A stretch of 64,000 nt of DNA, taken from contig JANMYS010000085.1 in the NCBI GenBank assembly GCA_031382385.1, forward strand, positions 2,977 through 66,976. Direction: 5' to 3'. Source of the DNA: Gemmatimonadota bacterium (GTDB lineage Bacteria > Gemmatimonadota > Gemmatimonadetes > Gemmatimonadales > GWC2-71-9). Below are positions 47,398 through 54,751 of this stretch, piece by piece (position 1 is the stretch's first letter; each line of letters starts with the position of its first letter). Below the pieces are notes generated by a model. That model saw nothing but the letters and a program-made list of their open reading frames with translations, had not been told where the DNA came from and ran no database searches. A program made the position numbers and the translations under genes.

Positions 47398-48420
47398 ATG
47401 CCGGGGCGCATGACCAGTTCCCCGATCTTCATCGTCGGCTGCCCCCGCAGCGGCACCACATTGCTGCGCAATCTGCTGCGGTCTCATCCGCAATTGACGT
47501 TTCCCTCCGAGTCCCATTTCATCCCGTGGTTCTACCGTGCCTATGGCCATCCCAGGACGGAGCGGGACGCCGTAGCCCTCGCGGCGCGCATCCTCCGGCT
47601 GCAGTGGGTGCGCCAGTGGCACATCCGCGTCGAGCCGGGGGAATTCGCTCCGGACCGGACCTTTCAGGCGGTGACCCATCGTCTGTTCGAGGCGTGGACG
47701 CGCAAGGAGGGCAAGCACCGCTGGGGTGACAAGACCCCGCACTACGTTGAGGAGATTCCGGTACTCGCCGAGTTGTTTCCGGCGGGCAGGATCATCCACA
47801 TCATTCGCGATGGCCGCGATGTGGCCCTGTCCTGGCTGAAGGCCGGCTTCGAGCCGCGGAACCTGTATACCGCCGCGACCCTCTGGAAGCGATACGCCTC
47901 CGCCGGTCGCCGCGACGGTGCGCTGCTTCCTCCGGCCACGTACCTCGAAGTGCGCTACGAATCACTGGTCAACCAACCCGACGCCACCATGCGCAAGGTC
48001 TGCGGGTTCATCGGCGAGCCCTACACCGAGGTGGTCCTCCGGCCGTCCCCCATCCGGGGGATTCTGCGACCCAAGATCATCGGTGGCGGCCTGCCCGAGG
48101 CGGCCTCGAAGCTGGAACGCATCGCACCCGCCGCGGTCCACTGGCCCACCGAGATGACCCAGGCGGACCGGCTGCTGTTCGAGTCGATTGCCGGCGAGCT
48201 CCTGCAGACGCTGGGCTATGACGTCACCGGTGTCCGCCGCTCCATCTCCGCAGGGGAGCGATTGGCATGGGGACTACACCACCGGCTGTGGTGGGTCCTC
48301 GAGCGGCTCAACACGAAAGGAAGTCACCGATGGTTGCTGGCGAACCTGGAGCTTCGCCTGGCCGTCGCGCGGGCCCGCGGACGCCAGGTGGCTCCGCCCG
48401 ACTCGTCTCAGTCAACGTGA
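47398..48420 (+). CDS. Sulfotransferase family protein (2 of 3)
   Basis: 340 aa with IFIVGCPRSGTTLLRNLL and IIRDGRDVALS. Confidence 0.85.
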   Translation: MPGRMTSSPIFIVGCPRSGTTLLRNLLRSHPQLTFPSESHFIPWFYRAYGHPRTERDAVALAARILRLQWVRQWHIRVEPGEFAPDRTFQAVTHRLFEAWTRKEGKHRWGDKTPHYVEEIPVLAELFPAGRIIHIIRDGRDVALSWLKAGFEPRNLYTAATLWKRYASAGRRDGALLPPATYLEVRYESLVNQPDATMRKVCGFIGEPYTEVVLRPSPIRGILRPKIIGGGLPEAASKLERIAPAAVHWPTEMTQADRLLFESIAGELLQTLGYDVTGVRRSISAGERLAWGLHHRLWWVLERLNTKGSHRWLLANLELRLAVARARGRQVAPPDSSQST

Positions 48421-48454
48421 AGCCGCCCGGCCGGACCTCCGGTTGCGAATACCA

Positions 48455-49909
48455 ATGGCTCTCCTGAGCGTCGGATCGGTGTCCGTGAGTTGGGGAGAGG
48501 CATTCGCGGTCACAGCGACACTTGTGCTCGCTGCCCTGGTGCTCTGCTTCGGCAGTCTGGTCGTCTGGTCGAAGCATCAGGCCCTGACGCTCCTGCGACA
48601 ACTCGCCCCCGCTGCGCTGGACTCCAGGCGGATCAGAATCATCTATACCGCCAGCTCGCTTGACCCCGGTGGCGCCGAGAAGGTAGCACTCGATCTCATG
48701 GGCAGCATCGATCCGGAGCGCTTCCTGATCATCCTGATTATCCGGGACGCGGTCGGACAGTCCTGCGTTTTCGCCCACACCATCCGCCGGGCGGAGGCAC
48801 GCGGCATGGTGGTCATCCACAAGCCCCGCATGAGCATTCCAGCGCGAGACCCGGGGACCGGTCATCCGCCAGGCAGGCTCATCGACTTCATCCCCGGAGC
48901 GGTGCGAGCCTTCGGAGAGCTCCTCACCGAGTACGCCATCTATCGGTCCATTCGTCCGCAGATCCTCCATCTCCATCTGGTGCTCGGTTTCGGGCCATTC
49001 GCCAAGAAGCTGGTGGCCCGGGCGGCAGGTATTCCAGTCGTGGTGACGACCTACCACCAATTCCCCGTCTCGCATCGCCCGTCGAGCCATCGCCCGTACC
49101 GGGGAATCGTCGACAGCATCATGATGCGGTGCCTGGATGCGCTGACGCTGATCGGGTTGCAGCGCATCGATGATGTCTTGATCGCGACCAGCCCTGAGGA
49201 ACGGGAGGCCCATATCGTCACCGGGGTTCCGGCGCACAAGATCGTGACCATCTCAAATGGCATCGACCTCGGGCCATACGAGAGCCCGCCTTCCCGCGCC
49301 AGCCTGACCGCGCTGAGAGCTCGGCTGGGCATTCCGCCCCATGCCTTCGTCTTCGGACACATTGGCCGGCTGAATGTGCAGAAGGCGCAGCGCTACCTCA
49401 TCGAGGCGGCGGTCTCGGTGCTGCGCGATGCGCCGGAGGTATTCATGGTAATACTCGGCGAAGGAGAAGAGCGCCGGGCCCTGGTGGCTCAGTTGGCCGC
49501 CACCGGGGGGGAGAGCACACGCATGCGCATCCTCATGCCGGGGCAGGTCGCGGACATCGATGTGCCCCGCTACCTCTTCCTGTTCGATGCCCTCGTGGTC
49601 TCGTCTCGCTTCGAGGGACAGGGGCTGGTCAACATGGAGGCGATGGCCGCCGGGCGCCCCATCATCGCCACCCGGGTCGGCGGCGTCCCCTCCACCGTGG
49701 GCCATGATGCCGCGATCCTGGTGGAGCCGGAAGACGCACCAGCGCTGGCGGCGGCAATGCGAACGCTGTTCTCCGACGCCGATCTCTGCCGCCGCATGGG
49801 TCAGACTGGCCGAGGCCGCGTCCATGCGATGTTCGACTTGCGACGGGCGGCGCGTGAGCACGAAGAGTTGTACCACCGCCTCCTCGCGGAGCGGGGGATC
49901 AGTGCCTAG
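48455..49909 (+). CDS. Glycosyltransferase family 4 with N-terminal TM anchor
   Basis: I chose the ATG at 48455 (MALLSVGSV..). The E-x7-E region is RFEGQGLVNMEAMAAGRPII. Confidence 0.8.
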   Translation: MALLSVGSVSVSWGEAFAVTATLVLAALVLCFGSLVVWSKHQALTLLRQLAPAALDSRRIRIIYTASSLDPGGAEKVALDLMGSIDPERFLIILIIRDAVGQSCVFAHTIRRAEARGMVVIHKPRMSIPARDPGTGHPPGRLIDFIPGAVRAFGELLTEYAIYRSIRPQILHLHLVLGFGPFAKKLVARAAGIPVVVTTYHQFPVSHRPSSHRPYRGIVDSIMMRCLDALTLIGLQRIDDVLIATSPEEREAHIVTGVPAHKIVTISNGIDLGPYESPPSRASLTALRARLGIPPHAFVFGHIGRLNVQKAQRYLIEAAVSVLRDAPEVFMVILGEGEERRALVAQLAATGGESTRMRILMPGQVADIDVPRYLFLFDALVVSSRFEGQGLVNMEAMAAGRPIIATRVGGVPSTVGHDAAILVEPEDAPALAAAMRTLFSDADLCRRMGQTGRGRVHAMFDLRRAAREHEELYHRLLAERGISA

Positions 49910-50834
49910 GCCCAATCTCTTCATCGTGGGGGCGATGAAGTCGGGAACGACTTCCCTGCATCGATACCTGTCAGCTCACCCACAGGTGTTCATGTCCGAG
50001 CCGAAGGAACCGAATTTCTTCGTGGAGGAGCTGAACTGGCGGCGGGGACTGGAGTGGTACCTGGAGCTGTTCACCTCCGCCGGGAATGCCGCGGTTATCG
50101 GCGAATCCAGCACCGAGTACACCAAGCTCCCTACCCATACCGGAGTGGCACGACGGATTCATGCCTTCAACCCCGAGGCGCGGCTGGTCTACCTGATGCG
50201 GGATCCGCTGGACCGGATCCGGAGTCACTACTGGCACAACGTCGCGGACCTGAAGAACGAGGCGGAGCGACGCACCATGCTGTCGGCCGTGCGGGAGGAC
50301 CCCCGGTATGTCGCGTACAGCGATTACGCGATGCAGCTGGAGCCGTACCTCGAACTCTTTGGTCGTGAGCGCATCGTGTTGTTGACCGCCGAACAGCTTG
50401 CCGCCGACCCGACTGCGGTCGTCACCACGTTGTGCAGTTGGCTCGGGCTGACCGGCGGCCTCCCGTCCGAGGCCTTCTCGGAACGGTGGAACGTCCGGTC
50501 GGCGGACGGACGAAGCGTCCGAGGCTGGGGGCTGCTCAATCGGCTCCGACACACCGCATTCTGGCATGCCGTCCGGCCGTGGTGGCCTCGACAGCTCAGG
50601 AATTTGGGCCTTCGAATTGCGGAACGACGCACGCCGCTCCGGGACAGCTCGGAGCCTGAGGCAATGAACTTCCTCAGACCGATCCTGCGGGTTCGAGTCG
50701 AAGCACTCACCCGGCTGGTGGAACGGGACTTTCCCGAGTGGGCGACACTTCAGGGGCTGACGGGCGAGTTCGCAAGGGGCGAGAGAAAGGGGATTCCTGC
50801 CAATCCTCTGCCCCATGGGCAGTCCCGCAAGTAA
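49902..50834 (+). CDS. Sulfotransferase domain protein (3 of 3, Sulfotransfer_1-like)
   Basis: The GTG at 49902 overlaps the GT stop. Motifs are PNLFIVGAMKSGTTSLHRYL and YLMRDPLDRIRSHYWH. Confidence 0.8.
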   Translation: MPRPNLFIVGAMKSGTTSLHRYLSAHPQVFMSEPKEPNFFVEELNWRRGLEWYLELFTSAGNAAVIGESSTEYTKLPTHTGVARRIHAFNPEARLVYLMRDPLDRIRSHYWHNVADLKNEAERRTMLSAVREDPRYVAYSDYAMQLEPYLELFGRERIVLLTAEQLAADPTAVVTTLCSWLGLTGGLPSEAFSERWNVRSADGRSVRGWGLLNRLRHTAFWHAVRPWWPRQLRNLGLRIAERRTPLRDSSEPEAMNFLRPILRVRVEALTRLVERDFPEWATLQGLTGEFARGERKGIPANPLPHGQSRK

Positions 50835-51015
50835 GGAACAGGCACGCCCGACCGGGGGATCATCTGGTGATCTCGGACAAATGCCAGCGATCAATCCCCG
50901 TCGTCGCGTTGCGCCATTCGCAGGTGTGATCGGCTTGTCCGGCGGAGACCACCGCGCCAGCTTTGTACCGTTCCCATTCGTGGATCCTGCGACAGATTTC
51001 CCGGGAGTCGATCCG

Positions 51016-51462
51016 ATGTGCTTCCATCGAGTGCTCGGCACGATCTTCACCGTCATGGCAATCGCGACCGCGTCCCACGCTCAGGCCCAGGCGGCCCCCG
51101 ATACCTCGTCCATCGCCCAGGCGACCGCAGCCGGCAGCGCCTGGGTGAGCCTCATCGATGCGGGGGACCTGGAAGCCAGCTGGGACTCGGCAGCTCCGGC
51201 GTTTCAGGCGGCGGTGTCCAGACGGGAATGGCTGCAAGCCGTCACGCGGGCACGGGGACCCTTCGAGCCATTCGCGACGCGGACGCTGGTTGCGGCGCAG
51301 TTCCAGGCCACGCTGCCCAATGCCCCCCCGGGGCCCTACGTGATTCTCTCGTACCAGACCGCGGTCGAGGGGAATCGCACGGTCATCGAGACCGTCGTCC
51401 CGATGCACCTGGCCGATGGCCGCTGGCGGGTCTCGGGCTATTTCGTCCGACCGGCCAATTGA
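51016..51462 (+). CDS. Secreted DUF4019-like protein
   Basis: The start is at MCFHRVLGTIFTVMAIATASHAQA (signal peptide). The body, ..AWVSLIDAGDLEASWDS..REWLQAV..ADGRWRVSGYFVRP, fits my memory of DUF4019. Confidence 0.55.
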   Translation: MCFHRVLGTIFTVMAIATASHAQAQAAPDTSSIAQATAAGSAWVSLIDAGDLEASWDSAAPAFQAAVSRREWLQAVTRARGPFEPFATRTLVAAQFQATLPNAPPGPYVILSYQTAVEGNRTVIETVVPMHLADGRWRVSGYFVRPAN

Positions 51463-51487
51463 CAGGCCCGGCGCTACATCGTATTCT
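51459..51487 (+). promoter_or_regulatory. Sigma-70-like promoter
   Basis: TTGACA (51459-51464), an exact 17-nt spacer, then TATTCT (51482-51487). The -35 box overlaps the DUF4019 stop codon. Confidence 0.5.
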
Positions 51488-51496
51488 CGGTTCACC

Positions 51497-51598
51497 ATGA
51501 TCACCCAGCGCCCTTCTCACTCGCTCGCCACCTGTTGTACGCCGTGCGGCTGTATCGCAGCGGTGACGCCGCGGCGTGCCCGGTGGTATTTCGGCTGA
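51497..51598 (+). CDS. 33-codon Cys/Thr-rich small ORF (possible small peptide or leader peptide)
   Basis: The peptide is MITQRPSHSLATCCTPCGCIAAVTPRRARWYFG. The ATG lies ~10 nt after the -10 box, so the transcript is near-leaderless. The sORF is bracketed by the promoter and a strong terminator, and its GC3 is lower than in neighbouring genes. Confidence 0.3.
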   Translation: MITQRPSHSLATCCTPCGCIAAVTPRRARWYFG

Positions 51599-51622
51599 GC
51601 GACTGGTAGTGCTCTCACGAAT

Positions 51623-51655
51623 GGCCCCGGACCCGCGTCCGGGGCCTCTTTTTTT
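51623..51655 (+). terminator. Rho-independent terminator
   Basis: A 9-bp stem (ggccccgga / tccggggcc) closes a 6-nt loop and is followed by tcttttttt. It lies 24 nt upstream of the carbonic anhydrase ATG. Confidence 0.75.
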
Positions 51656-51678
51656 CCCCGTACTCCACAGGATGATCC

Positions 51679-52260
51679 ATGTCGACCGTTCTCCCCGAAG
51701 TTCTGGCAGCAAATGCATCCTACGTCGCGACCTTCGGCGCCAAGGCGACGCTGGCGCTCCCGCCCGCTCGGCGCTTTGCCATCCTGACCTGCATGGACGC
51801 GAGGCTCGACCCCGCCAAGTTCGCCGGCCTCCGCGAAGGTGACGCGCACGTCATCCGCAACGCCGGGGGCCGGGCCAGCGACGACGCGATCCGTTCACTG
51901 GTGATCTCCTACAAACTGCTGGGTACCCGTGAGTGGTTCGTGGTGCACCATACCGATTGCGGCATGGAGTACTTCACCGACCCCGTCATGCGAGACCTTC
52001 TGGCGCGGAGCCTTCAGACCGCCGAGCTCACCGCCAATGGCTTTCGCGATGTGGGCGCGGGACCGGGCTCTCCGGAGGGGCAGTATGTCGATTGGCTGAC
52101 GATCGCGGATACCGCCCAGGCTGTCGTCGATGACGTCGCCCGAATCCGGCATCACCCTCTGGTTCCGCGGAGTATCCCGATCTACGGGTATCTCTATGAG
52201 GTGAAGACCGGACAACTGCTCGAGATCAGCGCAGCGACGCAGGTCGGGCAGGCGGCGTGA
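51679..52260 (+). CDS. Beta-class carbonic anhydrase
   Basis: 193 aa with the zinc-ligand motifs CMDAR and HTDCG. Confidence 0.9.
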   Translation: MSTVLPEVLAANASYVATFGAKATLALPPARRFAILTCMDARLDPAKFAGLREGDAHVIRNAGGRASDDAIRSLVISYKLLGTREWFVVHHTDCGMEYFTDPVMRDLLARSLQTAELTANGFRDVGAGPGSPEGQYVDWLTIADTAQAVVDDVARIRHHPLVPRSIPIYGYLYEVKTGQLLEISAATQVGQAA

Positions 52261-52334
52261 GGGAGTAGGGAGTAGGGAGTAGGGAGTAGGGAGTAGGGGG
52301 TAGGGAGCCGCCTACCTCCCTGCTGCCTGCTCCC
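52261..52334. repeat. Heptamer array GGGAGTA x5 (plus GGGGGTA), followed by an imperfect inverted array
   Basis: The array starts on the base after the carbonic anhydrase TGA. It reads gggagta x5, then gggggta gggag ccgcc tacctccctgctgcctgctccc. Confidence 0.9.
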
Positions 52335-52513
52335 GGCTCGCTTCCTCTTGACCGCCGCGGCTCCCGGGGTACTCTCACAGGAGGCGTACAGGACGCCTCC
52401 CGTCCGCGGGCAGGACCGAGTCCACCTGGTGTGATCTGCTGGAAGCCGTCAGTTCCTGCGAACCTCCTCTGGCCCGACCGTGCGGACGACGGGCATTCTT
52501 CAGGAGGCTCGTC

Positions 52514-53782
52514 ATGCCCGCTCGTCACCTGCCCGTCCGCCCGAATCTCGATCAGCTGAGGCACCAGGCCAGGGATCTGCTGCGCGCCATCCGGCGGGGG
52601 GATCCGGAAGCCCTCGCCGACTTGCAGGAGTTCCACCCCAGGCCGACCACGCCTGAGATGGTCAAACTCGCCGATGCGCAGCTCGTGCTCGCCCGCGCCT
52701 ATCAGGCGCCGAGCTGGCCAAGGCTGGTGCAGGCCTGCGACCTGGTGGACGCGATCTGGCAGGATGATGTCCAGATGGTCCGCACGCTCGTGACGAAGCA
52801 CCCCGCCCTGCTGCATGAGCCCGCCCTGGTCCGGGAGAGCAACTGGGGCCCGCCGATGAGCTATGCCGCCAACCTTGGCCGCGATGCGATCATCCACGTA
52901 CTGCACGGCCTCGGCGCCACCGACCACCTCCACGCCATCGAGCGGGCGGCGCTGCAGGGCAAGGTCGGCACCGCGCACCTGCTGCATGAGCTCGCCGGCA
53001 AGCCCGCCGTCCCCGAGGGCGCGCTCAGCGGGTCGGCCTATACACTGAATGTCGCGGGGACGGAGTTCGCCCTGGGGCTGGGGGCGAAGGTGGCGGACGC
53101 GGACGGCCGGCGACTTGCGCCGGTGGACGTGGTCCTGGAAACCGACAGCCGGACTCCCCCCGCCAAGCATCGGATCCTCGAGCTGTATTCCGAGCATGGC
53201 CTGGCCCTGCCTGACACACCGGTGATGGCGCTGCACCGTGGGCGGATTGACCTGCTGGAACAGCACCTGCGCCGCGACCCCGATCTCCTGCGCCGCACAT
53301 ATTCGCAGGAAGAGATCTACCCGCCATCCATGGGTTGTCGCGATCCCCTCAACGCTACGGTGGGCACACCGCTCGGCGGCACCTCGCTGCTGCACCTGTG
53401 CGTCGACTACGATGAGATGGACATCCTGCGGTGGCTGCTTGACCGGGGAATGAACCCGAATCTCCCCGCGCGGGTGGGCCCGAGCGGGTTCGGCGGCTAC
53501 ACCGCGCTCTTTTGTACCGTGGTGTCACAGCCGAACTTCTGGATGAACTTCAATGGTAGCCGCCCGATGGCGGCCCCGATAACCGAGCTGCTCCTGGCCT
53601 GCGGTGCCGATCCCAATGTCCGGGCGTCGATCTGGAAACAGCTCCACCCCGGGCATGGCGATTCAACTCGCCACGAGTATCGCGACGTCACCGCCCTGTC
53701 ATGGGGCCGCCGGTTTCACGCCCCGATCTTCGTGAGCCAGCCGGCGATGCAGCTGATAGCGGACGCAGGCGGCGTGGAGTGA
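52514..53782 (+). CDS. Ankyrin-repeat protein
   Basis: 422 aa with ankyrin-like units (..TSLLHLCVDYDEMDILRWLLDRGMNPN..GYTALF..). Confidence 0.7.
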   Translation: MPARHLPVRPNLDQLRHQARDLLRAIRRGDPEALADLQEFHPRPTTPEMVKLADAQLVLARAYQAPSWPRLVQACDLVDAIWQDDVQMVRTLVTKHPALLHEPALVRESNWGPPMSYAANLGRDAIIHVLHGLGATDHLHAIERAALQGKVGTAHLLHELAGKPAVPEGALSGSAYTLNVAGTEFALGLGAKVADADGRRLAPVDVVLETDSRTPPAKHRILELYSEHGLALPDTPVMALHRGRIDLLEQHLRRDPDLLRRTYSQEEIYPPSMGCRDPLNATVGTPLGGTSLLHLCVDYDEMDILRWLLDRGMNPNLPARVGPSGFGGYTALFCTVVSQPNFWMNFNGSRPMAAPITELLLACGADPNVRASIWKQLHPGHGDSTRHEYRDVTALSWGRRFHAPIFVSQPAMQLIADAGGVE

Positions 53783-53950
53783 GGCGTGTCGAGTGCGGGG
53801 CGGGAGTGCTGAAGGCTGACGGCTCGCGGCTGCCCGTGTGCCCTTGCGGCAGCTCCCGGCTCGGCGCATTTATTAGGCTGCTGCTCCTGCTTCCCGGTTC
53901 CATCCCCAGCACAGCCCTGCACCCCGCTCACCCCTTTCGGGAGTCTTCTG

Positions 53951-54751
53951 ATGGCTCATGCGCCGCTTCCCCTCGCGCCTCGCCGGTTCGGCGAAACGAT
54001 GCGGACCGACGCGTGGTGGATCCAGCCGACGGCCACCTTTCTGGTCCTCACTGCATTCATCATCTACGCGACCTGGGCAGCCTTTCAGGGCACGCACTAC
54101 CACTATGGCCCCTACATCTCGCCGTTCTATTCACCGGAGATCTTCGGCGAGTCGCCCCACGCCCTCTTCGGCCCTCAGCCGGAGTGGTGGCCCCAGTGGC
54201 TCACCTTCTCGCCGGCATTCCTGATCCTCTGGGCGCCCGGCGGCTTCCGCTTCACCTGCTACTACTATCGCGGCGCCTACTACAAGGCGTTCTGGGCCGA
54301 CCCGATCAACTGCTCGGTTGGCGAACCGCGCAACAGCTACCGGGGCGAGCATTCATTCCCCCTGATCCTGCAGAACATCCACCGCTTCTTCCTGTTCATT
54401 GCGCTCCCCTTCCTGGCATTTCTGTCCCAGGACCTCTACGAGGCGATGTGGTTCACCGACGCCAGCGGGCAGCGTGCCTTCGGCATCGGACTCGGCACCC
54501 TGGTCCTGCTGGCCAATCTGCTGCTGCTCGGCGGATACACTCTCGGCTGCCATTCCTTTCGGCATGCGATCGGCGGCCTCTTCGACCGCCTGTCCGAACG
54601 ACCCGCCCGCAAACTGCTCTATGACTGCTCGAGCTGCCTGAACCGCTCCCACATGAAGTGGGCCTGGTGTTCGCTCGTGATGGTAGCGTTCTCCGACCTG
54701 TACATCCGTCTCTGCTCGATGGGGATCTGGCACGACTGGAGACTCTTCTGA
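53951..54751 (+). CDS. sdhC: Succinate dehydrogenase / fumarate reductase membrane anchor (single large cytochrome-b-like subunit)
   Basis: 266 aa and polytopic. Its TGA overlaps the sdhA ATG. The size and position match the mycobacterial Sdh1-type anchor as I remember it. Confidence 0.6.
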   Translation: MAHAPLPLAPRRFGETMRTDAWWIQPTATFLVLTAFIIYATWAAFQGTHYHYGPYISPFYSPEIFGESPHALFGPQPEWWPQWLTFSPAFLILWAPGGFRFTCYYYRGAYYKAFWADPINCSVGEPRNSYRGEHSFPLILQNIHRFFLFIALPFLAFLSQDLYEAMWFTDASGQRAFGIGLGTLVLLANLLLLGGYTLGCHSFRHAIGGLFDRLSERPARKLLYDCSSCLNRSHMKWAWCSLVMVAFSDLYIRLCSMGIWHDWRLF

